From the NCBI RefSeq assembly GCF_009914755.1, contig NC_060941.1: a stretch of 64,000 nucleotides of DNA; one strand, written 5' to 3'. Positions 12,871-54,081 of the stretch are shown here, piece after piece (positions within the stretch are counted from its first letter, which is position 1; every line of letters starts with the position of its first letter). The translations under genes and the position numbers were made by a program. This stretch comes from the human T2T-CHM13v2.0 reference genome, Homo sapiens. The notes under the pieces are model-generated. The model was given only the letters and a program-made list of their open reading frames with translations, had not been told where the DNA came from and made no database searches.

Positions 12871-13538
12871 CTAAGAGTGGAACAAGATGTGAAGGTGGAG
12901 GACAGTAATTCCGACAAATCTGACACTGTGTGGGCCTACGTTCATGTGTGTGTTTGTGTCTTAGTTTTTAGCAAAACAGTTTAGGTAGAAAAAAGCTTGT
13001 AGGATAAGGTGTGAAGAAAATATTTTTGTACAATTACAATGTGGTTGTGTTTTAGGCTAAGTGTTATTACAAAAGAGTCAAAAAGTTTTAAAATTTTAAA
13101 AGTTAATAAAGCAAAAAGTTACAGTAAGCTAAGGCTAATTTATTATTGAAAAAATCTTTAAAATAAATGTAGTGTAGCCTCGGTGTTCAGTGTTTATGAA
13201 GTTTATAGTAGTGTACAGTCATGTCCTAGGCCTTTCACATTCAGCCACCCTTCACCCGCTGACTCACCCAGAGCAACTTCCAGTCCTGCAAGCTCCATTC
13301 ATGGTAAGTGCCCTATACAGGTGTACCATTTTTATCTTTTCTACTATATTTTTACTGTATTTTTTCTATGTTTAGATATGTTTAAATACATAAATCTTTA
13401 CCACTAGTTGCCTATACCATTCAGTATAGTAGCATGATGTACTTGTTTATAGCCTAGGAGCAATAGGCTATACCATGTTCTCTAAGTGTATAGTAGGCCA
13501 TACCACCTCAGCTTATATGTATGTAAATATGTATGTAT

Positions 13539-13841
<303 letters not shown>

Positions 13842-15041
13842 CCTCAGCTTGTATTTAAGTACACTCTATGACATTCACACACCAATGAAATCACCTAACA
13901 ACACATTTATCGGTTTCCCTTTCGTTAAGCAATGTGTGACGGTATACACAAAACTCCAGATTATTTTCCAGATATTTAGAAATACTTTTCAGATATTTTG
14001 AAAGTTTCTGAAAACTGCTCTGTCATTACTTCTGAGTGATGAGCTGAAGAATAAAGCATGAACCAAATGAGGTATCTTCTTATACACAGCTAGTGAGACT
14101 ATAAACTGACACGGCCAAAATACTTCTCTAAAGTATGCATTAAGAACATAAAAGAGCATTCATACCTTTGACTAAGATAAAGATGTTTATCATGGCATAC
14201 TTAATTTTAATAATAAACGTAACTTAAATAGTCAACGAGGAAAGCCAATAGCAGGCAGCCATTAAAAATGTTTTCCAAAAACCAACTGGGAAATATTCAG
14301 GGCACATATATAACATGACTGTGTTTAAACAAATTATTCATGTGCTAGGAAAATGTACCATAATGTGGGTAGCGAGATAATTTTGAGCTGTTGGTTTTGT
14401 TTTGTTTTGTTTTGGGGGGGCGGGGGGAGGGTGTGTCTTTTATACTTCTGTGTAATTTCAAAGTTTCCTGAGAATTGATACACAGTATTTCTTCAGTTCT
14501 AAGAGGTACTTTCCCCACGTCAACAACTTTTAAAACAAGATGCATCTTACAATTGCTGTTATGCCCTAGTTTAATGGAAATAATTTCTTTGTTGTACTTA
14601 AAATAATGGTACATCTTACAATCAATAGCATCTTAAGTTCTATGAAGTGTGGCAGTTTTATAACAGGCAACTAAAATAACATAACATATACACATATATA
14701 AACTTACATATATATATTTATGAATGTATATAAAAAGATGAAGCAACACTTATGACTACTATTGTACTAATCTCAGTTGTTACTAAGAGACTCTAGTTCT
14801 CAAATATAGAAATTCCCACTTAACTACTGGCTATAAAAACCTAGAAACAGACACCGAAGAGGTGTCTCTGATAGAGAAAGACTGTGTTTTTCTCCTCAGT
14901 ACAGGCATATCCAGTCACCTCCTAGTTATTCTTAGTCACCAATCCAGTTCAAGTTCTACAAATCTCACTTTAAAATTTCCTTTGTGAAGAGTTGAGAAAG
15001 CAAAATATTGACCAAATCTAGAATGTTTATTAGTTTTGTTC

Positions 15042-15103
15042 TAGCTAATTTTTAAATAAGTAAATCAGGATTTAGCTAATTTTTAAATAAGTAAATCAGG
15101 ATT
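15042..15103 (+). repeat. 31-bp perfect tandem duplication
   Basis: TAGCTAATTTTTAAATAAGTAAATCAGGATT x2. Confidence 0.95.
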
Positions 15104-15183
15104 TAATTTTTACACTACCCTAAGGGAATAAATTAATAATAAAAACTGTGTCCTCAATTAAAGTAGCTCTATCAAATGTTTGG

Positions 15184-15186
<3 letters not shown>

Positions 15187-15244
<58 letters not shown>
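15187..15244. repeat. (AT)n microsatellite, about 29 units
   Basis: Uninterrupted AT run. Confidence 0.97.
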
Positions 15245-15248
<4 letters not shown>

Positions 15249-15796
15249 CTCCAATCTGGAAAGAAGGTAGAAGTCTCCAGTGAAATTTTTGGAATAAAAG
15301 TTTAAATGATTAGACAGCCCACAGAACTTTCACTTCAAACCCTGATCATTCTGTTCATTTTATCAGTTGATCAACCGTTAACTTTTGGCCTACTAATTTA
15401 ACGGATACTGTTCACAGGAAAGCCATTTTCTTAAGGCTTTGACTAGTACTAAGGTCAAAAAGGCATTTTGACCCTTATTTTTAGTAGCCACAGACTTTTT
15501 CTAGACATGGGTCTAGATAAAGATAGAGCTCAGCCATACCAAGCTAATATAAAAAATACTTTGCAAGAATGTAAGCTTCATGAAGGTAGGATTTTTGTTC
15601 ACTATTGTGACCCTACTATGGAGAACGCTGCTGAGACATAGTAGGCACTTTTCCATAAATCTAACAAATATGACAGTTACATCAATGGCTTGCTTGCATT
15701 ATACAGCATTTTTCTTGTTTCCTGTTAACTCAGATACCCACACTGTTTTGTTCTAAATACACGTTCAATTAACCATTATATTCTAATAGTGTTTTC

Positions 15797-16080
<284 letters not shown>

Positions 16081-16253
16081 TCCCATCAGGTTCTTAAACA
16101 AATTAAACCACTATATCAGGTCATTAAACCACTTGTCTTGAAATAGTTAAAAAGGGGGTTATGGGGAGGGGATTACCAAAGAGGTGGGAGGGGATGGGAG
16201 AAAAGCAATAATGATAGTTTTCAGCTGTACTAAAAAACACCAGACACCTATCC

Positions 16254-16395
16254 CTTATTAGCACATATCTGTTTGTAAATGTCTGTTTGCTGACGAATTT
16301 GATATTCCAAGTCAGAAACATGAGCCTGAAGCCAGTTCCAGCAGCTGACAATAGCTGCCCGGTCTGCAGCCCATCTCCAGTCTGACCTGTGTCTC
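16254..16395 (-). pseudogene. KANSL1: Duplicated KANSL1 exon 3 (142 nt); orphan fragment with non-canonical donor
   Basis: tttatttctttttAG acceptor, then 1 nt plus 47 codons [47 protein letters not shown] versus recalled KANSL1 [47 protein letters not shown]; donor reads AAG|GGATAGGT. Confidence 0.93.
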
Positions 16396-16659
16396 CTAAA
16401 AAGAAATAAATTGAGTGAAGTCCAAGAGTAGTAGTAATATCTATACCAGACTTGGGGGTGGAGGGTGGAATTTAACTTCTAAAGGCCCTTGCAGAGACTA
16501 ACTCTAGTGTCAAGAAAAACCCAAAACAGACAGAGACAGATACCCCCCACTCCTCAGGATGCACATGGATATAAACTTTCAAATAGGTATTTCCCAAATT
16601 AAGTGGAACTGCCTTCTACCATCCTGATCCTGCGGCACACGGTTTCTCTGAAATTGCAT

Positions 16660-19330
<2,671 letters not shown>

Positions 19331-21835
19331 GGGTTACATGGTGTCTACTGTATTCCGTAATCAAAATACTTCATAATCCACCACAAAACTGTTTTCCCAG
19401 AAAGCAGCAGCAGTCACACAGCCCTCAGCCCCACTTCCCATCAGGATACACACACTCACTACTAAAACTTGTGACTATAGGTGAACTTGAACACAGTCTC
19501 CCATAGGGGCAAAATACAAAATGTCAAAAATAAAAAAGAACAAATCTGACCGCAACAGGGTAAGACGTAAATTAAAACTTAATCATACCATAATAATTAA
19601 GACCAAGGATAGCAATGGTATTTTAACTTTTGTATGGACGAAACATAAACCATTCAAATCAACCACTGTGATAAAGTATTATCAATTATGTCTCTTCTTT
19701 TAGAAAGAAGACATTTTACAGTTCCCTAATTTTGGTGGAACCTCTTCAAGATAAAAAGATACTTTTAAAGTACAGTTATCTGCTTCAATGTTGGCTGCAG
19801 GTCTAGCTCTACCCTAAATCCAGGAAATGATCTCAAGAGATCAATAAGAACCTAGGGATCATTCTTGAACAAGAAAAATGCCCCCTACCCACAAAGAGAC
19901 AAAACTAGTTAACCCTCATATTTTATTCCCACCTTTCCTTACTCTTCAAGGCTTACCACCTTTCTATCCTGCAAAATCTTTTGGATTTATAGATTCCTTT
20001 CATTCCTAAAACTACCACCACACCAGGTCCCCATCTATCACCACTGGACAACCCCAACAGCCTCCTTAGCTGCTCTTCCCAACACCAGTCAATCATACTA
20101 CTTTTCCTCAATCAACTCCCCTCAAACTGTTTTCATCCTGGTATTCTAATGTTTAAGGAACCACACACTTCCTTTGTTTGAAAATAAAAAAGGAAAATAA
20201 AATTACTTAAAACATTTTAGTTCACAAGAACTTTGATAAATACATTTTTTCTTGGATATTAATGAAAGTCTTACATCCCCTACACAGGTATTTCCCTAAA
20301 TAACAATACAAAGTGAGCCTCCTGATAATATGTTTTGGATAATATGGTTAATAAATAACTAAAGAAAGGCAAGGCAGCACTAAGGAATACTAACAATTCC
20401 CAATTTATGAACAAGTTTCATTTTACCAGTGTATCTGTGATATGATGGTTTAGAACTGGAAGTGATTTCTAGGAGAAAGTTGTTACAGTATTGTTCTTCC
20501 ATAATGCTGGCTCAAACTCTGATCATCTCCAATGAAAAATGGAAAACCTCAACTCAAGTGTCCAAAAAGTATCTTGTGTTCAAAATGCCAGCAATATGAG
20601 CAGAAAACTAAGCTGTTATTAAACGTGAGAGGTGTACAGTTAACAAGTTTGGAGTAAGTTAGCTTTCATACTCCAGTGGCAGAGCAGAGCATCACAAAAT
20701 AATATCACAAGAATAAAAGCTTCACATTCTTGTGTTCCTTAAAAACAAGCCATACAAACTCAGCTTATCAGAGGTAAAGATAAGACTTCCTCCTTAACAT
20801 TCAAAAGGTAAATTTATTACTCTGACAATTTACAGCTCAACAAGGGACATTGATTGAACATTAGGGACATGTTTAATGTTATACTATACAGACTTCAGGA
20901 AAGAACACAGGACTAAGGTTGTAGAATGATACTTTAAATACAATGAGGACTTGGTTTCTAATACAGTCATTATCAATAATGAAGAAAATCATGTGGATTC
21001 TGACATTGATGAGTCAACTCATTCCTGTTGCTTGTTTCTGTGCTATTAGTAAAATAACTGTTTTAATTATGTGTCTGGGTAGGACACTAGAATGCCTTAG
21101 AACATTTGATTTTACTGTGTGCTTTATCCCAGTCCATACAAAAGTATGCGCTGTATGTACTATAATGATCACCTGAGTGGGAATTCTTTTCAACTCATAT
21201 TTTGCTCCTTGACTCGCAAGTACTCACTACCTAGCTCAAAAGCAGTGTGAAACAAATAGAGGAAAGATCAGGAGACAAGTTCTCACTTTTACTTACTTTA
21301 TATGATCCTAAACATATAAATTGATCTCTGGAAATAAGAACAACATCTACTTCACAAAGTTGTGATAGCCATACAATGATGTAATCCTAACTGCAACCTA
21401 AAATGTGTGTATTAGATAAGAATAACAATTTATTTAGTCATTATAACCATGGATTAAATTCCATACCAAAAAGGTACAAAAAAGGAAGAAAAACAGGATA
21501 AGATTAAAGAAAAACCTCTCAGATAAATTCAGGAAACAAGTGTTTTCAGTTAGCAACAAGCCATATTCTGAGAGTTTCTTGAGCTTTGAACTTTACAGTC
21601 ATTTAAAAGTTCCACTCTAAACAGAAAAATCAAGGTAGTCTAGTAGAATAGACATTGCATTATTAGTGACATTACCCCCAAATTTGAAACGATGGAGGTA
21701 ATAAAGCACAAAGAGGAAAAAAGAAGAGAACCAAACTGTCCAGAGTTAAATATCCCACATTTTAGTTGTAAAGTAAAACGCAGGAAGAAACTTGGATACA
21801 CACTTCGTCTTAACCCATTCTCATCTGTCACATGA

Positions 21836-22207
<372 letters not shown>

Positions 22208-23374
22208 CTAGAACCAATTATATCTAGACTGCCAGTTCATCCTGACAGACCCTTGAAATTGAACACAGCACTTTTATCTTACTGGTTAGACCAGGTTACC
22301 TCTAATACAGAAATGAAATTTGTGTATTTTTGGTAGTTTATTTCAGCCAAGCATTTAGCCCACCATGAACTCACTCTATCCTCCTTCCTTCCATTTAACA
22401 AGTATTTAAACAACTATTAGTTACCAAGAGTTAGATGAGGGATACAAAAAGATACAAAAAGAACTGTGGCTCAAGTTCACAATTTAATGTGGAAGATAGA
22501 TGTTAATAATCAAATAATCATATAAAATGTAAGATAAGAGATCCTAACTATGTCAGATTTAGACTGGGGGATCTAGAAAGACTTGTGATACAAACATTTA
22601 AACAGACCTCTGAAGCATAAATTAGGACTTGGATGCGCAAACTGGTAGGGGTTGGGGATGTGGAGCAGAAGATACTAGGTGGAACTGTGGTGTGTCACAA
22701 AGAAGAAACGACATGTATACAATGGTTATGTTGTTAGAGCTCCAACAGTGAACAATGAAAAGAATTCATTCAACTTGACAATGGATACAGGTAGGCAGGG
22801 CCAGGTCACACAGAACCTGGCAATCCATGTTAATCTTATAAAACAATATAAGCAATCCTCATCTTCCCTCACGCTCTTTTATTTATCTCAGACCCTGTTT
22901 GAAGGAAAATTTACAAATACAAGCTAAAAGGTAATAAACTCCCACATAACCAACAACTAATTTCAACTATCAACTTTTGGTGAATCCCACCCTCATCTAT
23001 AACATCTATCTCCTACCCCTATGAATTATTTTTAAGCCAATTCCCAACATCACATCATTACCTCTAAATATTTCAGTATGTGTTTCTAAAATGTAAGGTC
23101 TTTAAAAATAGGTACAGATATATTTCATAATTTAAAAAATAATAATTCCTTAATGTAAAATATCCAGTTACTGGTTAAATTTCCTGGACTGTCTCAGTTG
23201 TTTTCTCCAAATCAGAATCAAATAATATCCACACAATTCATTTGGTTAATACATCTCAAGCTTGTAACACGCACCTCCTCTTCCTCCTTTTCCTTCCTCA
23301 CAATTTGTGGAAGAGACAGCGCTATCTGTCCTCTAGAATATCCTACATTGTGGATTTTGCTGACTGTACCTTTA

Positions 23375-23761
<387 letters not shown>

Positions 23762-24477
23762 TCATAAATTATTCTTTTTGTACATTACAGTTTTACATGT
23801 TTAAGATTAAGACTGAGATATGTTTTAAAATACACTCAATCTTTAAAGAATCATTTAAGGTACTTTAAACTCCTTTCAATACCCATCAGTCAGATTTTTC
23901 ATCAAACATGGTAAACATATACATATTATATACTCTGCCTAGCACAATAAAAGAAATGTAATTGTCATACCCTATGCAAATTTCCAACCTGAAAATACCC
24001 AGAAGCATCTTATAAACACTGAAACCCACGTCTCTCCAGGAAAGTTTTTCCTTGTGCATCGTACCTCACAATTCACTACTTTGTATTCTTCAAGCTTAGT
24101 TGGATCCTCTTATTTTGTTATTTGTTTGTGCTATTATCTCCAAGTCATGTCATGTATACGACTGGTCTCCAACTAGATTATCCTTCCCTTTTTATAGGAA
24201 CTACCACATGATTTAACTGTAAAACAATTTCTAATGGTGTCTGCACACATGTAGTTTACAAGTAAATTTGCAAAAAATATAAACAATATGACAGAGATTT
24301 AGCTGATGCCTTATCATGTCTAATTCCCAAATGTTTATATTTTAAAAACACCTAACTGAAGTATTCTAATGGAGAAAAAATGGCATGACAAAGAAATATG
24401 GAAATGGCTTACAGTTCTTGGCTGGCTGTACGACTGGACATGGAATTTGAGCACGAAGATTTCGAACAAAACACTAG

Positions 24478-25568
<1,091 letters not shown>

Positions 25569-26406
25569 CCCAGAAGAGTGAAGGATCAGAAAAGTACAAT
25601 GTATTGAGACATGGTCTCCCTCCCATCCCTACCCCAGCCCCACATATTCCATAGGGAGAACTTGCCTCCAGCTATCTCTAGAAGAATAGGAGAATTTTAA
25701 TACTAAATTGAATAGAAAAACATCTTTTTTCTCACTTTAAAAATACAGTTTATTGGAAAAGAGTAGGTGTTTGGAATCAGTGAACACCAAGTTCCAAATC
25801 CTACTCACACTTCCCAGAATACATACCATGGCAATGCCAAAATATGACCATGCTTGTTAATATTTAGGCCAAGGCATTAAATGTTTATAACATAACACAA
25901 ATACTTGTAATCTAAATTTGAATGAATGTCTTCAATTTTCAGTAAAATAAGACCCTATTAAAGCCCTACCATTAATATATATTCATTCATAAACATACTG
26001 AGTACCTAATGAATGTTAAACACTGTAGAATCTCTAAGGAAAGAATACTCGGTCACTTTATAAGCTATGTGGTAGTCAAGAAAAATCCTTTCTACTCATT
26101 GATACGTTAAATGATCAAAAAATCCAAAGCTAAAAAATGATCAGAGAACAATGAAAAAATTTTAGTGGCTTTATGCTTCCAATTCCATTTTCTTCTGGCC
26201 TCTTTTCTGAAGCTTGCCTAAATCATCCCAGGAATGCTAAAATTGGGTGTTATTTAGGCATAACCAAAATGAAATAACAAAGTAAGTACCCCAAATAAAA
26301 CTAGGAGAAAAAATCCAGGGAACCAAGCAGGCAGTAAGGATCTAAAGTTCTATACTTGGAACCTCTACCCTGAATGTTAAATAATAGATGTTTTTTAAAC
26401 AGTTGA

Positions 26407-26996
<590 letters not shown>

Positions 26997-27094
26997 TTAT
27001 ACCTTTAATTATTATCTTCATTCAGTAATTAGGCAATTAGAATTTGATTGCTAAATGAATGTTCAAAGTTCAACCAAAATTAGTCCAAGATGAA

Positions 27095-35267
<8,173 letters not shown>

Positions 35268-35349
35268 GGAGATATGTAGTACTCCTAACATTCAGTACCT
35301 CAGAATGGGATCTTAGAGACAGGATCTTCAGGCCAGGTGGCTTCCCTTC

Positions 35350-35870
35350 CTCTCTGCGTCGGTCCGTCCCACCTCGGCTCGGCCTGGCGACCCTAACTCC
35401 GCTCCGCGCCCCCGGCCGCGGCCCCGGCCCGCCTCCTGGGCAGCCAGGCCCCCCGGCCACTCGGCCGGCAGCCCGCGGCCCAGGTCTGCAAGTGGGAGCT
35501 GGGCTGGGGTCCCCATGCTCCACACACGCGTCTCCTCTCCCCCAGCCCTGCCGCTTCCAGGGCCCTCGGTGACGCCCGCTCCCCGGGCCCCTCGGCCCCC
35601 CGCCTCTCAGCCGGGCGCTCCCTCGGGGCCGCCTCCTCTGCCTCACCATCATCCTTGCCCACTCGTGCTCCCACCCCCAGGGGCACCAGAGCCAACGGCT
35701 GCTCCCCCAGCCTCGGACCTTCCTGCGCGGCTCAACCAAGCCTAGAAGTGGGGGCGGGGAATCTTCCGCCCTCCTCTGGCGCTCATTGGCCCTTCAGGGG
35801 CACATCGTGAGCGCCATTGGCTGACTGATGGTGTCCGTCAGAGCGATGGGGCGGGACAGAAAGGGGAGAG
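35350..35870 (-). promoter_or_regulatory. CpG-island promoter with two CCAAT boxes and GC boxes, oriented leftward
   Basis: CpG-rich non-repeat DNA; ATTGG at 35785-35789 and 35816-35820; GGGGCGGG at ~35751 and ~35848; downstream donor ATG|GTGAGG at 35647/35646. Confidence 0.85.
35647..35780 (-). ncRNA. Probable first exon of a minus-strand lncRNA / transcribed KANSL1-derived relic (TSS approximate)
   Basis: Promoter elements immediately upstream and a good 5' splice site; I recall a minus-strand lncRNA (RP11-156P1.3 / LOC101927060) starting here but cannot verify it. Confidence 0.55.
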
Positions 35871-36186
35871 GGAAGCTGGTGCCTTGGCATTTCTGTGTCT
35901 GTGTATCTGTCTGTCTCTGTCTCTATCTCGGCCCTTGGAAACGAGAGGCTTTTGGCCGAGAGGACTAGAAGGGGGCCTGAGGTGGGAGGAATAGGAATAG
36001 GAATCCCGGCAAAGCGTCACGCCAGTCGGCTACTCTGAACCCCCTACCTAAGTCCCCTTTAGGTTCTCTTCTCCATCACCCCCAACCCCTGCCCCTCACC
36101 CCTCGAGGTTCCTTCATCCAGGAAGCGACGTGATGAAAACTCCAGGCCGGAAAGCCATAGGGAGAGATGTTATATAGGTATATAAA

Positions 36187-36188
<2 letters not shown>

Positions 36189-36232
<44 letters not shown>
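36189..36232. repeat. (CA)n microsatellite
   Basis: About 22 CA units. Confidence 0.97.
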
Positions 36233-36235
<3 letters not shown>

Positions 36236-36336
36236 GTATTAGCTGTGAGTTGTTAATAGATGCTCTTCATTTAGGTTGAGGAAGTTTCTTTCTGTTCCTA
36301 ATTTGTTGAGTATACATCTTTTATTTTATTCATTTA

Positions 36337-38700
<2,364 letters not shown>

Positions 38701-38827
38701 TTGAGCCTGTATCACTCAAATTTTGCTACCTGCTTGGCCCTTTGATGGCATTTTAGTTTGTGACTCTTGGCTTAAGTGATCATGAAGCCAAAACTGTTTA
38801 GGAAGGGAGCAAAATCAAGACAGATTA

Positions 38828-40548
<1,721 letters not shown>

Positions 40549-41619
40549 AGGGAGAGCTACTTCTAATCAAACACACTAATATTTCTGCAGCAAAGTGTGT
40601 GAATGTCCACATTATGTGCAATAAATAAGGATCATTTATAGTGTGATGTCACTTCATGGATCAGATTTTGCCACCAAAATGAGTTATGAAAACCTAGCAG
40701 TTTTCAGTTTTCAGTACCCTTCAGATTTCAGGATTAAGGATAAAAGATTGTTCACTCTCCTTAATCTACAAGTGAGATTCTCAAGCTGCGTTTTGCAGAA
40801 CTACTTAGAGTGCCCCAGCCCAGAAGCACTGAATCAGATTCTTTGGGGTGTGGCCTGGGAATTGGAATTTTTGACAAACAACCCAGCTGATACTGATGAG
40901 AAACACTGCCCAGGGTGTAGTGCTATGGCATGGGAAACAGATGGGAACCCCAGCTGGGCTATTTTTATCACATGCCTCTCCCCAAACCTCCCTTTGACAT
41001 CACTTTGACCCTGCAGTCAAGTTTCACAGAATTTTTCTATGACATTTTGATGGAGATGGGTGTCCAAAGGACAGGAATATACAAAGATCAAAGGGGCAGG
41101 GGAGAAAAACAAAGCAGAAAAAGGCAGACAGAATTACTATTCTAAACTCAAGCTACAGTCTGGTCATCAGATTATGTCACATGTATTCATTCACTATCTA
41201 CTGAGTATGCGTTATCAGTCAGACACTGGTGCAGGTAGTTGGAAAATCACAAAATAATTCTAGACCAAGTAATTTTCCCTTTTGGCAATTCTCATTTCTC
41301 TGTACACCACTTGTTGTTTTTGGTTTTGTTTTGTTTTTTGAGGAGTGGGCATCAGCCAATGAAGCACATTGAGTCTTTCCCGGCGGTAGCTCCAACTGCA
41401 AAGCTTATACTCACGCCCCTCTTCATCTGGGCGTCTGTTTCTCTAGGCTTCTTTTTGCATGGGTTTGCATATGGAGATCTGGTTATCTCTGCTGAGGTTT
41501 CTATGTTGATGTCTCTGTTTGGAGGTCTCTCAGTAGGTAGGTGGGTATCCCTTGTCAAGAAGAAGGACCCACATTTAACATCACAATGTCTTGTGGACCC
41601 CCCACACGCTAATTGTCAT

Positions 41620-41870
41620 CTTCTTTATATAGTTCTGGAGGTCAGAAGTCCAAAATCAGTCTCATTGGGCTAAAGTCAAGGTGTCAGTAGAACTGGTCCT
41701 TTCTGGAGGTTCTGAGGCCACCTGCATTCCTTGGCTCATGGCTGCTTCCTTGCTTCACTCCCACCTTTTACTTCCTTCATCACATCTTCCACTCCTGACT
41801 GTTGATCCCACTGCCTCCCTCTGATAAGGAGCCTCGTTATCACATTGGCCCACCTTATGAACCCAGGATC
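41620..41870 (-). mobile_element. MaLR LTR fragment (MLT1)
   Basis: AGTTCTGGAGGTCAGAAGTCCAAAATCAG...CATTCCTTGGCTCATGG. Confidence 0.8.
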
Positions 41871-41878
41871 GCCACTCC

Positions 41879-42500
<622 letters not shown>

Positions 42501-42719
42501 TTCTGACTTTTATAGTAAATACTTTTCTTGCTTGTCTTTGTACTTATATTGACTGTGTATGTATTCCTAAGCATGGTTTAGTATTTTCCCTTGAAAGAGT
42601 TATATAATTATATATATGTATATATGTGTGTGTGTGTATATATATATGTATGTATAGGCTGGGATTACAAGTGTGAGCCACCATGCCTGGTCAAGAGTTA
42701 CATGAGTATACTTTATTAT

Positions 42720-44230
<1,511 letters not shown>

Positions 44231-44239
44231 TGATATATA

Positions 44240-52443
<8,204 letters not shown>

Positions 52444-53213
52444 AGACAACTTACAGTTACCATTAAATATGACTTGAAACCTCCAGAGGAAGTCCAAAAC
52501 TAAAATATAAGATTCTGAACATACACTAATGCCAAAAGTGCCCAGTTTTATCATTTAATAGCTGAGCCTGTTTTCTGTTTTGTAAAATGAAGTAATACCT
52601 ACCTTCTAGTGATGAGAATTGAAAATACCATCCACAAAGCAAGTAACACAATCCATAGACCAGGATCTCAGCAAACATAGCTTTTAAACAAAGTTTGCAC
52701 TTACAAAGAAAAATAAAACCTATACTGAACCTTCATGAACCATAAGTTGTCAGCTAAACAAGCCAAAGAATAGCTCCATGTCTAAGCTGCTGTTTATCCT
52801 TGTTCAGCTGACATTAAATGGCAGGTCCTAGGGAAGGTTATGAGGTCTGCATTGTTCCCCTTGGAACTGCCCAGCTCACCCCACCTTCATATGTTTTTCC
52901 CTGTTACTGCCTTTTCTTCAAGTCTGAATAAAACCCTTCAGCTCTTTGTACTTTCTCCAAGATACCAAAAAAAAAAAAATTTCAAATTAGAGTAAAATTT
53001 AGTTTCTACATCTTACTTCTTTCAGATCCTGACCTTTTTAAATAGATTCTAATTGGAACAAAAAAACCTTTGTGTCCCTTTTGAAGAAATTTCAGAAATC
53101 ACGTGATCAAAGAATAAGCAGTTGACTTGCAAATTCGCAGCTGCTGGTTGGTAAGGGGCTTCTGTAGTTTGAAAAAAGGTATTCTAAAAATTACCATTGT
53201 TTTTGTCATAGTA

Positions 53214-53219
53214 TTTATT
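53214..53219 (-). terminator. Distal polyA signal AATAAA of CDC27 (other candidates: ATTAAA 53456-53461, AATAAA 55950-55955)
   Basis: TTTATT / TTTAAT on the plus strand. Confidence 0.6.
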
Positions 53220-54002
53220 TTGATATTCCAAATAATACTAAAAAAGAGTATGACCGTTTAAAAATATAAATATATTAAGAGTGTAAGTTTTAAAAAATTA
53301 GATAAACATTGCTCTAGTTTTTTGTGAAACATAAAACTGTATCTCTGTTTTTCTGTGCCTTCTTATTAAAATACAGATGGCACAGCTTTCATATAGCTTT
53401 AACAACTTGATTATAAATTGCTTTCAAAAGTAACTTATTTGGATTTTCCATATCCTTTAATGAATTGCAAATATATTAACAGAAAAGACTTTCCCCCTCA
53501 ACACTGTACAATTTCTGAAATAAGTCAGTTAAAGCAAAAAGAAGACACAAAATTACATTGTTTCAATGCAAACAGAACACACACTTCATACCCACACTTG
53601 CATTTTCCCAGGTTTTCACAAAGAAAATGGGTCACCATATTTCTCAGTGAAGACTCATACTATACTCTGGCTAATCAGAGACTTCCAAACTTTTTTCTTC
53701 AAAAAGAGCATTTTTAATAGACTAAATACTGGTTATCACTGAGTTTTTGTTTAAGGTACAACAGCAGCATGGTTCAAATGTTACTTGTAGTTCTCGGAAA
53801 AATTAAAAATTTTAAGTGATGAATACAGAAAATGTAGGGACCACCTTTCATTCTTTTGAGTACCACTGTTCTCTTGAAAAAATATTCTAACCTTCTAAAA
53901 TCCCAGAGTTAAGAACCATTTCCAAGGGGAAAAACAAATCCAAGGCCACAACATAACTTCTGAACAAGTGTGTGCGCATATATATATATGTATATAGATG
54001 TA

Positions 54003-54081
54003 TTAAGTTGGTGCAAAAGTAATTGCAGGTTTTGCCATAAAAGTCATGGCAAAAACCACAATTACTTATGCACCAACCTAA
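54003..54081. mobile_element. MADE1 (Hsmar1-derived MITE) in the CDC27 3' UTR
   Basis: TA-flanked palindrome TTAAGTTGGTGCAAAAGTAATTGCAGGTTTTGCCAT-aaaagtc-ATGGCAAAAACCACAATTACTTATGCACCAACCTAA. Confidence 0.95.

Noticed and set aside
16124-16351. ORF-track 75-aa ORF over the KANSL1-like exon
   Set aside because: Different frame from the KANSL1 match and begins at a non-ATG codon
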